A stretch of DNA of 64,000 bases from Patescibacteria group bacterium (GTDB taxonomy: Bacteria > Patescibacteriota > Patescibacteriia > UBA1558 > GWA2-36-10): NCBI GenBank assembly GCA_041665545.1, contig JBAYIQ010000001.1, positions 44 to 64,043 of the forward strand. Reading direction: 5' to 3'. Each line of letters begins with the position of its first letter. Position 1 is the first letter of the stretch. Positions 1-10,204 of the stretch are shown here, piece after piece. The notes under the pieces were generated by a model. The model saw only the letters and a program-made list of their open reading frames with translations, did not search any database and was not told where the DNA came from. The translations under genes and the position numbers were made by a program.

Positions 1-393
1 ACACTCGCAATCCTCAGAAACTACGCTTACTTGTTAGAAAAATGTTACGTTTTGATGATAAATAGTAGGCCAGACCGTTAATTTGGGGGTGTTTTTTTGT
101 TGACTTTCCACCTAAAAAGTTTCATAATTAAGACAGTTTTTGTGGAAAAAACAGGCAAGTTTAATTATTAAATTTGCCTAAAATTATGAAAACAGCAAAA
201 AAAGAGAGTAAATGAAAAAGCTCTCTTCGGGACTAACCCCTTCGAGAACTTTTTCGTCGTGATTCTATTAGAAGTATAGGATAATAGTAGTAATTTGTAA
301 ATATATAGTGAAATGTAGGCAACTAGTTCCATTTTGGAACATACTCAAATTTTAGTGAATAGAGGGTAATAAACAATATATATTCACTAAATA

Positions 394-423
394 TTGACAA
401 ATTAGGATACTTTCGTATATAAT
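394..423 (+). promoter_or_regulatory. sigma70-like promoter candidate upstream of Fic gene
   Basis: ttgaca at 394-399, tataat at 418-423 (or tatata 416-421) with 16-18 nt spacer, read directly. Confidence 0.35.
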
Positions 424-432
424 TGTATATAG

Positions 433-1527
433 TTGATTATATACATTAATTATATCTTAAATATGAGCCAAAATAGCTTTAATAAAAGAATAAAACTAAG
501 CCAAGAGATATTGGGGAAAATTGCTAAAATTGATGAATTTAAGGGTCTTTGGCAAGGAAGTTTGCGGATTAGTCCGCAGATTTTGGGTCGCCTCAAATCA
601 TCGGTAATTATCACTTCAAGCGGATCTTCTACTCGAATTGAGGGGTCAAAAATGAGTGATGTCGAAGTGTCTAGGCTACTTCGTGGCTTAAAGGCCAAAG
701 CTCCTAAAAATAGAGATGAGCAGGAGGTGGCTGGCTATGCTGATCTTTTGGGTCGGATTTTTGATAATCATCGTACACTCAAGTTGACAGAAAATAATAT
801 TTTGCATTTTCATGGTATTCTTTTGCAGTTTAGCGTTAAAGACCAATCCCATTTTGGCAAGTACAAGAGTGCTGACAATACCGTGGTCATGAAAGATGAT
901 CAAAATAGAGAAGTTGTTTTGTTTAATCCCAGCAAACCATATTTAGTCAAACCCGAAATGGAAGCAATTATTACCTGGGCAAATGAAGAGTTAGTCAAAA
1001 AAGAGCTTCACCCGGTTTTAATCATAGCGAATTTTATTTTTGAATTTTTAGCAATTCATCCCTTTCTTGATGGTAATGGTCGTCTGAGTCGCGCTTTGAC
1101 CAATTTGCTTTTACTTCGTAGTGATTATACTTATGTGCCTTATGTTTCTCTAGATGAAATTATAGAAGATCGCAAAGAAGATTATTATTTAGCACTTAGG
1201 GCTACACAAAAGCATCACAAAACTGATCATGAAGATATTTCGCCCTGGTTAAATTTTTTGCTGGATAGTTTATTGCTTCAAGTTACTAAGGCTAAAGAAA
1301 TCATGAATTCCGAGCAGCCAGAAAAACTCTTATCAGAAAGACAAGGGCAAATTTTTGCAGTATTTACAAATGATGAAGCTCTAGGTGTAGCCGAGATTGA
1401 TAAACGTCTCAAAGGGGCAGTACCGCAAGTGACTATCAAGCAAGCATTAGCTAGGTTGGTGGCTTTACGATTAATTGAAAGAATGGGTCAAGGTAGAGGT
1501 GTCAGATATGTAAAACATAATAAATAA
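433..1527 (+). CDS. Fic/Doc family protein (AMPylase-type Fic motif) with N-terminal inhibitory SxxxEG motif and C-terminal winged-helix-like tail
   Basis: Canonical Fic motif HPFLDGNGRLSRAL; upstream STRIEG matching the (S/T)xxxE(G/N) inhibitory helix; start may be the internal Met at 463. Confidence 0.8.
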   Translation: MIIYINYILNMSQNSFNKRIKLSQEILGKIAKIDEFKGLWQGSLRISPQILGRLKSSVIITSSGSSTRIEGSKMSDVEVSRLLRGLKAKAPKNRDEQEVAGYADLLGRIFDNHRTLKLTENNILHFHGILLQFSVKDQSHFGKYKSADNTVVMKDDQNREVVLFNPSKPYLVKPEMEAIITWANEELVKKELHPVLIIANFIFEFLAIHPFLDGNGRLSRALTNLLLLRSDYTYVPYVSLDEIIEDRKEDYYLALRATQKHHKTDHEDISPWLNFLLDSLLLQVTKAKEIMNSEQPEKLLSERQGQIFAVFTNDEALGVAEIDKRLKGAVPQVTIKQALARLVALRLIERMGQGRGVRYVKHNK

Positions 1528-1593
1528 TTTTATGAATACCCAAAAAAATAATTAAAAAATATACCAAAAATTAACAATCTTACAATAAACAAT

Positions 1594-2202
1594 ATGCCTA
1601 CCCCAGAAAAAGATATCAAAAAAATCGTCGGCTTCCTGTTTGAAGTCGGTACTATGAAAAAGCTACCTCGCATGCACCAGCAGATGCTGTTGTCTCAAGA
1701 CTTGTCAGACAATATTTCCACCCACTCTTATCGGGTAGCGATCATTGCTTGGTTTTTGGCTAAGATGGAAGGAGTTGACCCTTACAAAACAGTGATGATG
1801 GCTTTGATACACGACAGCAAAGAAGTACGCAGCGGTGATCACAACTACGTGCACAAAAAATATGTCAAAATATTTGATGATGAGATTGCCAAAGATCAGC
1901 TGGGCAGTCTGCCTTTTCAGGATCTATACGAAATGGACCAAGAGTTTGAAGTTCGACAAAGCAAAGAAGCTATCACTGCCAAAGACGCCGATCTGCTAGA
2001 CCAAATACTCTTGCTCAAAGAATATGCTCATCAGGGTAATAAAGAGGCAGATATCTGGCTCAATGGCAAGGGCGAAGCTGATCACAGCAACGTGCAATAT
2101 AGAAATCTAAAAACCGAATCAGCTAAAAAACTTGGGGCCGAAATGTTGACGGTCAGGGTTTCTGAATGGTGGGAAAATATGTGGACAAATAAGAATAGAT
2201 AA
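1594..2202 (+). CDS. HD-domain phosphohydrolase, YfbR-like 5'-deoxynucleotidase family
   Basis: H..R(VA) ... ALIHDSKEVRSGD pattern typical of HD 5'-nucleotidases. Confidence 0.6.
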   Translation: MPTPEKDIKKIVGFLFEVGTMKKLPRMHQQMLLSQDLSDNISTHSYRVAIIAWFLAKMEGVDPYKTVMMALIHDSKEVRSGDHNYVHKKYVKIFDDEIAKDQLGSLPFQDLYEMDQEFEVRQSKEAITAKDADLLDQILLLKEYAHQGNKEADIWLNGKGEADHSNVQYRNLKTESAKKLGAEMLTVRVSEWWENMWTNKNR

Positions 2203-2251
2203 GGAGTTATAAATTAGGCTATTTTTGGCCAGAAAAGCTACTTTGCATGCT

Positions 2252-2280
2252 TTGACAGAAGTCAAATTTAGGGATAAAAT
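2252..2280 (+). promoter_or_regulatory. promoter candidate TTGACA-N17-TAAAAT upstream of protease gene
   Basis: ttgaca 2252-2257, taaaat 2275-2280. Confidence 0.35.
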
Positions 2281-2314
2281 AGAGGCGTAAATTAGACTCT
2301 TAAATTTAATAAAT

Positions 2315-3340
2315 ATGGCCAGAACAGACTTAATCAAAAAAATTGAGCAAACCAGGAATTCACGGGTGATTACTTATCTGACTAGTGATCGTCAGGGACC
2401 TATCAATGCCCGCGTGGCAATGGATATTATTCCTATTATTGCTAAGCAGCTCCAATTAATCGGCAAAACCGAAAACATTGATTTATTTTTGTACAGTGCC
2501 GGCGGTGATACCATGGTGCCCTGGCGTTTGGTTTCCATGATTCGTGAATATTGCGACAAGTTTTCAGTCATAGTTCCCTACAAAGCGCATAGCGCAGCTA
2601 CTATGATTTCTTTGGGTGCCGATGAAATTGTTATGAGTAATCTTTCTGAACTATCGCCAATTGATCCATCAACGGCCAATGTTTTTAATCCGCAAGATCC
2701 TCAGAATCAACAGGGCAAAATTCCTATTTCCGTGGAAGACGTCATGGCTTATTTTGACTTAGCAAAAAATAAATTTGGTATTAAAAATGACGAGCAGCTT
2801 GCTAGCATTTTTAATAAATTTGTAGAAGCAAACCCGCAAATTCATCCCTTAGCCCTCGGTAATGTCAATCGTATCCATAATCTCATCAGAATGCTAGCCA
2901 AGCGACTTTTGAAGAGTCATAAAACACCAATGAGAGAAGATGAGGTTGATAAGTTGGTTGATTATTTTACGGAAAAACTTTATTCACATCAATATTTTAT
3001 TGGCCGTAAAGAAGCCAGAGAAGACCTGGGTCTTAAAAGTGTTCAGTTTGCTGACGAGGAATTATCAAAATCTATGACAGATCTTTTTGAAGAATACAAA
3101 AAAGAAATGGAGCTTGATATATTGTGGAATCCAGAAAATGAGCTTGGTCAAAATGCTATGCAGAACAACAAAGCTTATAAAATTGCTTATATTGAGAGTT
3201 CACAATTCGCCAATCATTTTGAACTAAAGGTTGAATATAGAAAACAACAAATTAATATGGTTCAACAAACTCCGCAAGGACCAATCCAAATGCCCCAAGA
3301 GCAGGTCGTGTGGAAAATTATTGATCAGGGGTGGAAGTAG
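2315..3340 (+). CDS. SDH-family (ClpP/crotonase-fold) serine protease
   Basis: FLYSAGGDTMVPWRLV...VPYKAHSAATMISLGADEIVMS...SPIDP resembles the serine dehydrogenase proteinase / S49-like family. Confidence 0.6.
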   Translation: MARTDLIKKIEQTRNSRVITYLTSDRQGPINARVAMDIIPIIAKQLQLIGKTENIDLFLYSAGGDTMVPWRLVSMIREYCDKFSVIVPYKAHSAATMISLGADEIVMSNLSELSPIDPSTANVFNPQDPQNQQGKIPISVEDVMAYFDLAKNKFGIKNDEQLASIFNKFVEANPQIHPLALGNVNRIHNLIRMLAKRLLKSHKTPMREDEVDKLVDYFTEKLYSHQYFIGRKEAREDLGLKSVQFADEELSKSMTDLFEEYKKEMELDILWNPENELGQNAMQNNKAYKIAYIESSQFANHFELKVEYRKQQINMVQQTPQGPIQMPQEQVVWKIIDQGWK

Positions 3341-3359
3341 TGTTTTTATTTAAAGTTCT

Positions 3360-3839
3360 ATGGAAAACCAGAAACAAGATTATTTACCAAATAAAACCAC
3401 GGGCACAGACCAGTTAGTAGGACAGTCTCCATTAACTAATGCGTGGTCTGATGTAGAAAAACAGGCTCAGGAAGACTCAAAGGCCAGCGCCCTTATAAAC
3501 TTAAGAGAGACTACTAGCTATGAACTAGGGGCATTAAGGGAAGAAGGGAAAATAATTAAGCTTGATTTAATTGATTACCAAAAAAGTTTAAAACGGGTTG
3601 ATAATTTATTACTTGGTGCCATAGTTGTAATTGCAGTGGCTTTTATTACCACAATTTCTTTGGTTTTTTTTGATTTGATTAAAGAAAAAGATTTGTATTT
3701 GAGATATAATGATCTCTATCAAAAATATTCTGAAGAAAGTGCTAAATTAAAAGATGAAATCAATAATCAGAAAATTGAAATTAACAACTTGGGCAATAAA
3801 ATTGAAATATTGAAAGCTAGAAATACCTATTTAAAATAA
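3360..3839 (+). CDS. hypothetical membrane-anchored coiled-coil protein
   Basis: One hydrophobic segment followed by a heptad-rich C-terminus; no family recognised. Confidence 0.4.
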   Translation: MENQKQDYLPNKTTGTDQLVGQSPLTNAWSDVEKQAQEDSKASALINLRETTSYELGALREEGKIIKLDLIDYQKSLKRVDNLLLGAIVVIAVAFITTISLVFFDLIKEKDLYLRYNDLYQKYSEESAKLKDEINNQKIEINNLGNKIEILKARNTYLK

Positions 3840-3844
3840 ACAGT

Positions 3845-4063
3845 ATGCAAATTTTTAAAGAATATTTGATCACTTTTGGTTGGGCAATTACTGGTGCCAT
3901 TTCCATGGCAATTTCTCTAGGCATCTTGGTAAAAGTTTTTTCTTGGATTACTCCTATCAATGAGTGGGAAGAAATCAAAAGCGGCAATAAAGGAGTTGCT
4001 TTGATTTTATGTTCCGTGATCTTAGGAACAGCCCTGGTCATTGGCTTGACAGTAATGCCCTAA
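3845..4063 (+). CDS. small membrane protein (DUF350-like)
   Basis: Two hydrophobic helices flanking an INEWEEIKSGNKGVALI segment. Confidence 0.35.
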   Translation: MQIFKEYLITFGWAITGAISMAISLGILVKVFSWITPINEWEEIKSGNKGVALILCSVILGTALVIGLTVMP

Positions 4064-4066
4064 CCT

Positions 4067-4300
4067 ATGCGCCAAACAAAATTATTATTAGCTATTTTCA
4101 TAGTAGCTAATTTTATTATTGTGCCGACAGCTTATGCTCATCCAGGCAGGACCGACAACAATGGTTGTCATACCTGCTATACCAATTGCGAAAATTGGGG
4201 TTTAAAATATGGTGAGTATCACTGTCATGGCACTGATAATAGTGTAAAGACAGAAACCAGAACCGAGAGTAGGAAAACAGCTAGAAGGAGCAGTAGATAA
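4067..4300 (+). CDS. YHYH-domain secreted protein
   Basis: Signal-like N-terminus then HPGRTDNNGCH...YHCHG (YHYH motif). Confidence 0.5.
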   Translation: MRQTKLLLAIFIVANFIIVPTAYAHPGRTDNNGCHTCYTNCENWGLKYGEYHCHGTDNSVKTETRTESRKTARRSSR

Positions 4301-4304
4301 TTTT

Positions 4305-4724
4305 ATGATTCTTTATAAATGGCAAGTAAAATTTTTTAGTTTTATTTCTAAATTATCACTAACTGGTTTTATCATGAGTGGTCTTAGTGGTTTTTTGCGT
4401 TTGTATAATGACGAAGGAAAATATATTTGGGATCTCATCTCACTCTTTCTTATAATTGGTACTCTTGTTTTATCTATACAACCAAGTTATTTAAAGAAAA
4501 AACAAGAAAAAGAATTACCAAAAAATGGATTTTTAATTGTTATTTCCAGTATAATTATTTTAATTAGTTATGGTATTGGGTTCACTAGTCCAAACACCCA
4601 GCTGACATTAGATGCTGTTAAAAATATTTCAAGCGCAGTATTTTTTATTGGGGTAGCTTTATTTTGTTATAGTTTATCAGATTTAGTTATTGAATTGGGT
4701 AAAAATATATTCTCTAAAAAATAA
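4305..4724 (+). CDS. hypothetical integral membrane protein
   Basis: Four hydrophobic segments; no motif. Confidence 0.4.
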   Translation: MILYKWQVKFFSFISKLSLTGFIMSGLSGFLRLYNDEGKYIWDLISLFLIIGTLVLSIQPSYLKKKQEKELPKNGFLIVISSIIILISYGIGFTSPNTQLTLDAVKNISSAVFFIGVALFCYSLSDLVIELGKNIFSKK

Positions 4725-4733
4725 TTTAACCAT

Positions 4734-5888
4734 ATGCCAAATTTTAAAATTAGTAAAAAAATTGGTTCAGTAGCAGTTTTAATTTTAAGCATCTTTGTCT
4801 TGACTGGCTGTGCTGGCTTGTTTGATTTTTTGGATGCTGACATGAGCAAAGCCATTGATAAAAAAAATCCCAAGATTTGTCGCAAGATGGAGGACGAGGC
4901 ACGGAAAGAGCGTTGTCTGGCTGGCGTGGCTGAAGCCGCCAAAAACGAAAAACTTTGTGATGAGATCAAAGACTCAAGCACCAAAGACAATTGTTTGTCC
5001 AAAGTGGCTGTAGCCGGCGACAAGCTGGATTTGTGTGGCAAGATTACTCAGGATAGTTACAAAGATCCTTGCTACAACCAGCTAGCTATCAAACGCAATG
5101 ACGCCAATCTCTGCACCTCTATCACCAATGCCAATACAGTTGGCGCTTGTGTTTCTCAAATTGCCGAAGCCAAAGGTGACATGAATTTGTGCACCACGAT
5201 TGTGGCCGATTATTATCGCAATGATTGTTTTACCAAAGTAGCGGCCAAAAATAATGACCCGGGCATTTGTGATAATATGACCGGCAATAATAAAACTAAT
5301 TGTTATGTAGTGATTGCCAAAACCCAAAAAGACGAAAAGATTTGCGACAAGATCACCGAGCAAAGATACAAAGATGTTTGTTTATCTAATGTCGCTGCTG
5401 TCACTGGTGGCAATTTGCTTTGTGGCAAAGTAGTGGATAGTAGACAGCGCGCCCAATGCTATTATCTGGTAGGCACTACCACCTATGATGCTGATACTTG
5501 TTTTAAGATAGAGGACACTGGTCAAAAAGAAGCTTGCTATCAAGTAGTGGCTATTCACAACAAAGATGAGCAATTGTGTCAATCTATCACGGTGGATGTC
5601 AACAATCGTAATTTTTGTTTGCGGACTATAGCTTTGGATAAAAGATCAGTCAGCACTTGTAATTATATTACTGATAAAGCAGCTAATTATGAATGTATTT
5701 ATGGTGTAGCCAATGTCAGTACTGATGCTAGTGTTTGTGAAAAAATTGAGAGTAAGGGCACTAGAGATAAGTGTTTGTTTAATGTGGGTGTGACCTCCCA
5801 AGACAAAAATGTTTGTCGCAGTGTCAGTGGTAAGAGTGAAAAAAATACCTGCGAAGACGGCACCAAAACTACTCAATTACAACCATAA
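4734..5888 (+). CDS. lipoprotein with ~13 tandem 26-aa cysteine-pair repeats
   Basis: Signal peptide plus lipobox LTGC; alternating C-x11-C-x13 spacing throughout, recurring K(D)xC...VA pattern. Confidence 0.6.
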   Translation: MPNFKISKKIGSVAVLILSIFVLTGCAGLFDFLDADMSKAIDKKNPKICRKMEDEARKERCLAGVAEAAKNEKLCDEIKDSSTKDNCLSKVAVAGDKLDLCGKITQDSYKDPCYNQLAIKRNDANLCTSITNANTVGACVSQIAEAKGDMNLCTTIVADYYRNDCFTKVAAKNNDPGICDNMTGNNKTNCYVVIAKTQKDEKICDKITEQRYKDVCLSNVAAVTGGNLLCGKVVDSRQRAQCYYLVGTTTYDADTCFKIEDTGQKEACYQVVAIHNKDEQLCQSITVDVNNRNFCLRTIALDKRSVSTCNYITDKAANYECIYGVANVSTDASVCEKIESKGTRDKCLFNVGVTSQDKNVCRSVSGKSEKNTCEDGTKTTQLQP

Positions 5889-5905
5889 ATAATTAAAATA
5901 AAAAA

Positions 5906-6190
5906 ATGAACACATTAACATTTACAGCCATTGTTGGATTTTTAACAGTTGGCCTTGGTGTTTTAGTAAAATTAGTCGGTTTTCCTGATCAAATACGTAA
6001 AAATTATAAAAATAAATCTACCCAAGGGCTTTCTACCGCTTTTATTGGCTTGTCTTTTTTGGTTTATGTCATGTGGACCCTACACGGCATCTTATTAAAA
6101 GATTGGGTATTAATTATTGGACAAGGACTCGGCATTGTTACCACTGGCGCAATATTGTGGCAAATTTATCTTTATAGAAAAACAGTTTAA
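5906..6190 (+). CDS. SemiSWEET / PQ-loop family small sugar transporter
   Basis: 94 aa, three TM helices, FPDQIRKNYKNKSTQGLS matches the PQ-loop motif. Confidence 0.5.
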   Translation: MNTLTFTAIVGFLTVGLGVLVKLVGFPDQIRKNYKNKSTQGLSTAFIGLSFLVYVMWTLHGILLKDWVLIIGQGLGIVTTGAILWQIYLYRKTV

Positions 6191-6199
6191 AATAAAAAA

Positions 6200-6445
6200 A
6201 TGAATACACCACAAATTTATATTTTAGTATCTATTATTGCTTTGGCAGTAATTATGTTGGTTTTAATTTTTACCAGAAAAAAAATGCAAAAGCCACTTTC
6301 CAAATTAGCATCTTTTGCCTTTGTATTTGTAATAGCCGGAATTGTTTTTGGAAATGGCGACTGGCTTGGCTATAGTTTAATGGGTATTGGTATTGTTCTG
6401 GCAATTATCGATAGTATTAAAAAATCAAAAAATAAGAAGGTATAA
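6200..6445 (+). CDS. small membrane protein
   Basis: Two hydrophobic helices, lysine-rich C-terminus. Confidence 0.35.
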   Translation: MNTPQIYILVSIIALAVIMLVLIFTRKKMQKPLSKLASFAFVFVIAGIVFGNGDWLGYSLMGIGIVLAIIDSIKKSKNKKV

Positions 6446-6449
6446 AATT

Positions 6450-6737
6450 ATGAATTTTGAGTACAATAAGCAGGGTAATCCATTGGAACACGACAGCATC
6501 GGTATTGAAAATGTTGTTTCTTTTGACGAGCTATATGAAAAGCTTAGGGCTTTTGGTAATATAGAGGGCTCACAAAAATTTTATACGCCCGAGATGTTGA
6601 TTAAGAAAATTGAACAAGTGCGTCATGGACACAGTGGTCTTTTGTCTATCACGCGCAGTTATGGATTACGTGATGTCGTGGCCAAATTATTATTGGAAGA
6701 TGCGGTTTATAAAAAATATTGTAGTGATAAAAAATGA
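6450..6737 (+). CDS. hypothetical protein
   Basis: Internal ATG at 6450 (MNFEYNKQG...) chosen because the longer ORF from 6387 overlaps the upstream gene. Confidence 0.35.
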   Translation: MNFEYNKQGNPLEHDSIGIENVVSFDELYEKLRAFGNIEGSQKFYTPEMLIKKIEQVRHGHSGLLSITRSYGLRDVVAKLLLEDAVYKKYCSDKK

Positions 6738-7492
6738 AGCAAATAAAAAATAAAAAGTTTTTAATATTTTTGGCCATAATTTTATTAGGCGGTGTTTATT
6801 TATATCTGGCGCATTTTTTTATTTATTATCGCTTGGGTCATAGTGGCCTGCTGGATATTGAGCGCCAGGCGGTTTATGATATCGGAGACAGTCAGACCAG
6901 CTCTACAACTCTAGTTTATGTGGCTTTGGGTGATAGCTTCACGGCTGGTCGTGGGGCTAGTAGTTACCAAGAGTCATTTCCTTATTTACTGGCCGAAGAA
7001 TTAGCCAAAGATAAATCAGTCAAAATAACCTTGAAAAACTTTTCTTCTTCCGGTGCTAGGACTAGCCACTTGATTGCTGGACAGCTTGATCAAGCAATTT
7101 CTGCCAAGCCCGATATTATTACTTTGCTGATCGGCACCAATGATGTGCACGGTAATATCAAAGAAGCTGTTTTTCAAAAAAATTATATCTATATTTTGGA
7201 TCAGCTTGTCCAAAAAACACCAGCCAAAATTTATTTGATTGGTCTGCCCAACAACGGCACTGACGGACTATTGTGGCCACCTTATAATTATTATTTTAGA
7301 CAAAAAACCAAAACCTACAATCAGATTATTAAAGGGTTGGCGCAGGATTACGGTTTGGTTTATGTTGATTTGGAAAAGGCGCTTGTCGAGTTGAGTCAGC
7401 AAGACGGCTATTATTCCCAAGATTTATTTCATCCTTCAACCCAAGGGTATCAGCTTTGGTCGCAGATAATTTATGCCGATATTAATAAATAA
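6734..7492 (+). CDS. SGNH/GDSL hydrolase (lipase/acylhydrolase-like)
   Basis: GDSFTAG block I, GTNDV block III, DLFHPS block V. Confidence 0.75.
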   Translation: MKQIKNKKFLIFLAIILLGGVYLYLAHFFIYYRLGHSGLLDIERQAVYDIGDSQTSSTTLVYVALGDSFTAGRGASSYQESFPYLLAEELAKDKSVKITLKNFSSSGARTSHLIAGQLDQAISAKPDIITLLIGTNDVHGNIKEAVFQKNYIYILDQLVQKTPAKIYLIGLPNNGTDGLLWPPYNYYFRQKTKTYNQIIKGLAQDYGLVYVDLEKALVELSQQDGYYSQDLFHPSTQGYQLWSQIIYADINK

Positions 7493-8582
7493 CACAGTAA
7501 GCTCTACTTACATTTTTATAATAATTTTTATAGTTGCTGTTTTATTGTCTATTAGAAAGAAAAAGCATCAAGAATTTTTTTCCAACCTAGTTTCTCAAGA
7601 GTTAAAAGGATTGGCTACCTTTATGATTATTTTTGGCCATATTGGCTATTTTTTGCTTAGCGATCATCGATTTTTATTTCCTTTGTCCATCGCCGCTGGT
7701 GTCGGAGTCAACTTGTTTTTATTGTTGTCTGGCTATGGTTTGACCACTAGTGCACTGCGTAAGCATACATCTATTTGGCAATTTTATAAAAAGCGTTTGG
7801 TAAAATTATTTATTCCTTTGTGGTTGATTTTGATATTTTTTTTGGTTTTAGATTATTTCGTTTTACACCGCACTTATGCTTGGGCTTATATTGTTCGCTC
7901 ATTTTTGGGTTGGTTTCCTAGGGCTGATTTAGCGATCGACATCAATTCACCGCTGTGGTATTTTTCTCTTATTTTATTTTATTATCTTATATTTCCACTG
8001 TTTTTCTCCAAAAAATATTATTGGCTATCGGCTTTGGCAATTTATTTTACATCATATTTACTTTTACACAATGACTCTGGTCATTTTGTGGATGTAATTC
8101 GTCTGTACAAAGTTCATCTTTTGGCCTTTCCCTTGGGCGTGCTTTTGGCTGGTTTGTATTCTCAGCGCCACAAACTTAGTCGACTCGTCAAAATTGTCAG
8201 AGAAATAGTTCATCACCAAAGACCGAGTAGGATTATTATGTATTATTTTTTAGCTGGTATTTTGCTTTTGGTTTTTGCTTACACTGCCTATCATTCCAAT
8301 GTCGACCGCCAACCCCTGAAAGAACAGCTAACCAGCTTGTTTACATTGCTAGCCGTATTAGTTATATTTTTAATTAAAAAATTTGATGTAAAATTATTTT
8401 CATTATTTGGTTTTTATTCTTACGAAATATATTTATTGCATTGGCCAATTCTTTATCGTTACGATTTGTTTTATAAATACACCCCAGCTTGGTTGGCTAC
8501 TATTTTGTATTTATTTTTGTTTATATTTTTGGGCTGGCTACTCAAAAAAATTACTAGCGTAGCGCTAGGTACAAAAAACTAA
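7473..8582 (+). CDS. membrane acyltransferase (acyltransferase-3 family-like)
   Basis: About 10 TM helices, N-terminal GHIGYFLL-type segment, adjacent to SGNH hydrolase as in O-acylation systems. Confidence 0.5.
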   Translation: MPILINNTVSSTYIFIIIFIVAVLLSIRKKKHQEFFSNLVSQELKGLATFMIIFGHIGYFLLSDHRFLFPLSIAAGVGVNLFLLLSGYGLTTSALRKHTSIWQFYKKRLVKLFIPLWLILIFFLVLDYFVLHRTYAWAYIVRSFLGWFPRADLAIDINSPLWYFSLILFYYLIFPLFFSKKYYWLSALAIYFTSYLLLHNDSGHFVDVIRLYKVHLLAFPLGVLLAGLYSQRHKLSRLVKIVREIVHHQRPSRIIMYYFLAGILLLVFAYTAYHSNVDRQPLKEQLTSLFTLLAVLVIFLIKKFDVKLFSLFGFYSYEIYLLHWPILYRYDLFYKYTPAWLATILYLFLFIFLGWLLKKITSVALGTKN

Positions 8583-8600
8583 TCGGATTGATTAGTTTTT
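8574..8600. terminator. bidirectional hairpin terminator candidate
   Basis: aaaaactaatcggattgattagttttt between convergent genes. Confidence 0.4.
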
Positions 8601-8623
8601 AAAGAAAGTATTTTTTTGTCCAA

Positions 8624-9295
8624 TTACTTTGATACCACCAAAGCAATCTTACGTTTGGCATTCATGGTTTTGGTGACATGATCCCAATCAGCCGAGGCTT
8701 TTTGTAGAGTAGCAAAAGAGTATTCATTGGCTTCACCAGCATTGGTACCGGGGTCATTGACGATAAAAGTATGGCCACGGAAGCCCCTGATGACTATCAT
8801 GTGATAGGTTGGTCCATCTTCTATGTATTGGGGACTGTTCAAAAGCTTGGCATTGATGGGCAGTAGTATGGGGTGGCCTTTGAGCAGTTCGGTTTTCAAA
8901 TCTAGTTCAGTGTAATCTTGGATTTGTTTTATTTTCAAGCCCAGAGCGCCTTCGGCCATTTTGGTGGTGGCTGAAGCTCCGGTGTCAGCGTTGTATCCCA
9001 AATTTGCTTGTTCCCATTTTTTGAGATTGTCGATGGCAGTTTGCGCTGGTGAGGCAGTGATATTGTCCTGGGTGTTTCCTTTCAAAAATGTATCGACCAT
9101 GGCCAGACTGGTTTCCTCACAATCTTCATTGCGACTCCAATTGTCAGTGGGAGCTTGAGCGCTGAAAGGTACTTGTAAAACAAAGCTATTGGGTATACTT
9201 TTTGGCTTGATTACTTTCAGAAAATAAAGCCCAGCTCCAGCTAGCACTAGCAGGGCAATTACAGCATAAATTAAGTATGGTTTTGTGAGTTTCAT
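8624..9295 (-). CDS. secreted papain-like / C39-like peptidase domain protein
   Basis: N-terminal TM anchor, Cys (NEDCEET) and downstream His (HMIVIRGF) and Asp (IVNDPG) arranged as in peptidase_C39-like domains. Confidence 0.4.
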   Translation of the reverse strand: MKLTKPYLIYAVIALLVLAGAGLYFLKVIKPKSIPNSFVLQVPFSAQAPTDNWSRNEDCEETSLAMVDTFLKGNTQDNITASPAQTAIDNLKKWEQANLGYNADTGASATTKMAEGALGLKIKQIQDYTELDLKTELLKGHPILLPINAKLLNSPQYIEDGPTYHMIVIRGFRGHTFIVNDPGTNAGEANEYSFATLQKASADWDHVTKTMNAKRKIALVVSK

Positions 9296-9416
9296 GGCTA
9301 TTTTTAGTATAGCCCCTATTATTTATTTTGTATATAGTTTATTTCACGAAACCCTTTATTTTTTCCAATTTTAGTGTTAAACTCAAGTTGTTTTTAATTA
9401 ATTTAACATAATTATT

Positions 9417-10181
9417 ATGGACACACTTTATTTCATTATTTTGGTGCTGGTGGTCATTTTATTTGCCTCGCTAAGGGTCATCAAGCAATACGAGCGGGCA
9501 GTGGTGTTTTTCTTGGGTAAATATAGTGGTATGCGCGGTCCGGGATTGGTTTTTATCATTCCTATTTTTGAAAGAATGACTAGGGTAGTTTTACGAACAA
9601 TCACTATGGATATTCCTTCGCAGAAGATTATTACCAAGGACAATGTCTCCATTGATATTGCGGCTGTGGCTTATTATCACATTGTCGATGCTTCAAAATC
9701 AGTGATTGCTATTGAGAATATTTATCAAGCTGTCAATCAGATCAGTCAGACTACGGTGCGTAATGTAGTTGGTCAATTTTATTTGGATCAATTGTTGTCG
9801 CAGACCAGTCAGATCAATGAGCAGATCAAGAATGTTATTGATACACACACTGAGCCCTGGGGAGCGCAAGTGACAGCTGTTGAGATCAAAGATATTTTTT
9901 TACCAGACAATATGCAGAGGGCTATGGCCAAAGAAGCTGAGGCCGAGCGTGAGCGTCGCGCCAAGATTGTGGCCGCTGAAGGCGAGTTTCAAGCTGCCGC
10001 CAAATTGGGTCAAGCCGCCGATCTTATTTCTCAGCACCCCGTAGCTTTGCAGTTGCGTACTTTGCAGACCATGGCGGAGATCAGTGTGGAGAAAAATTCT
10101 ACGATTATTTTTCCAGCGCAGTTTATGCCCACAGTAGAGGAGGCCTTCAAAATGATAAATAAAGATCAAGCCAAGAAATAA
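9417..10181 (+). CDS. SPFH/Band-7 (stomatin/prohibitin-like) membrane protein
   Basis: N-terminal TM, SPFH core, [20 protein letters not shown] coiled segment. Confidence 0.8.
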   Translation: MDTLYFIILVLVVILFASLRVIKQYERAVVFFLGKYSGMRGPGLVFIIPIFERMTRVVLRTITMDIPSQKIITKDNVSIDIAAVAYYHIVDASKSVIAIENIYQAVNQISQTTVRNVVGQFYLDQLLSQTSQINEQIKNVIDTHTEPWGAQVTAVEIKDIFLPDNMQRAMAKEAEAERERRAKIVAAEGEFQAAAKLGQAADLISQHPVALQLRTLQTMAEISVEKNSTIIFPAQFMPTVEEAFKMINKDQAKK

Positions 10182-10204
10182 TTTTTGTATAAAATGATTT
10201 AAAT

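Noticed and set aside
450-903. Small minus-strand ORFs (82 and 71 aa) within the Fic gene
   Set aside because: Antisense to a motif-supported Fic coding region.
4667-5876. Minus-strand ORFs (124, 93, 66, 76 aa) opposite the Cys-repeat lipoprotein
   Set aside because: They are antisense shadows of the repeat array. The plus-strand frame has a signal peptide, lipobox and regular Cys periodicity.
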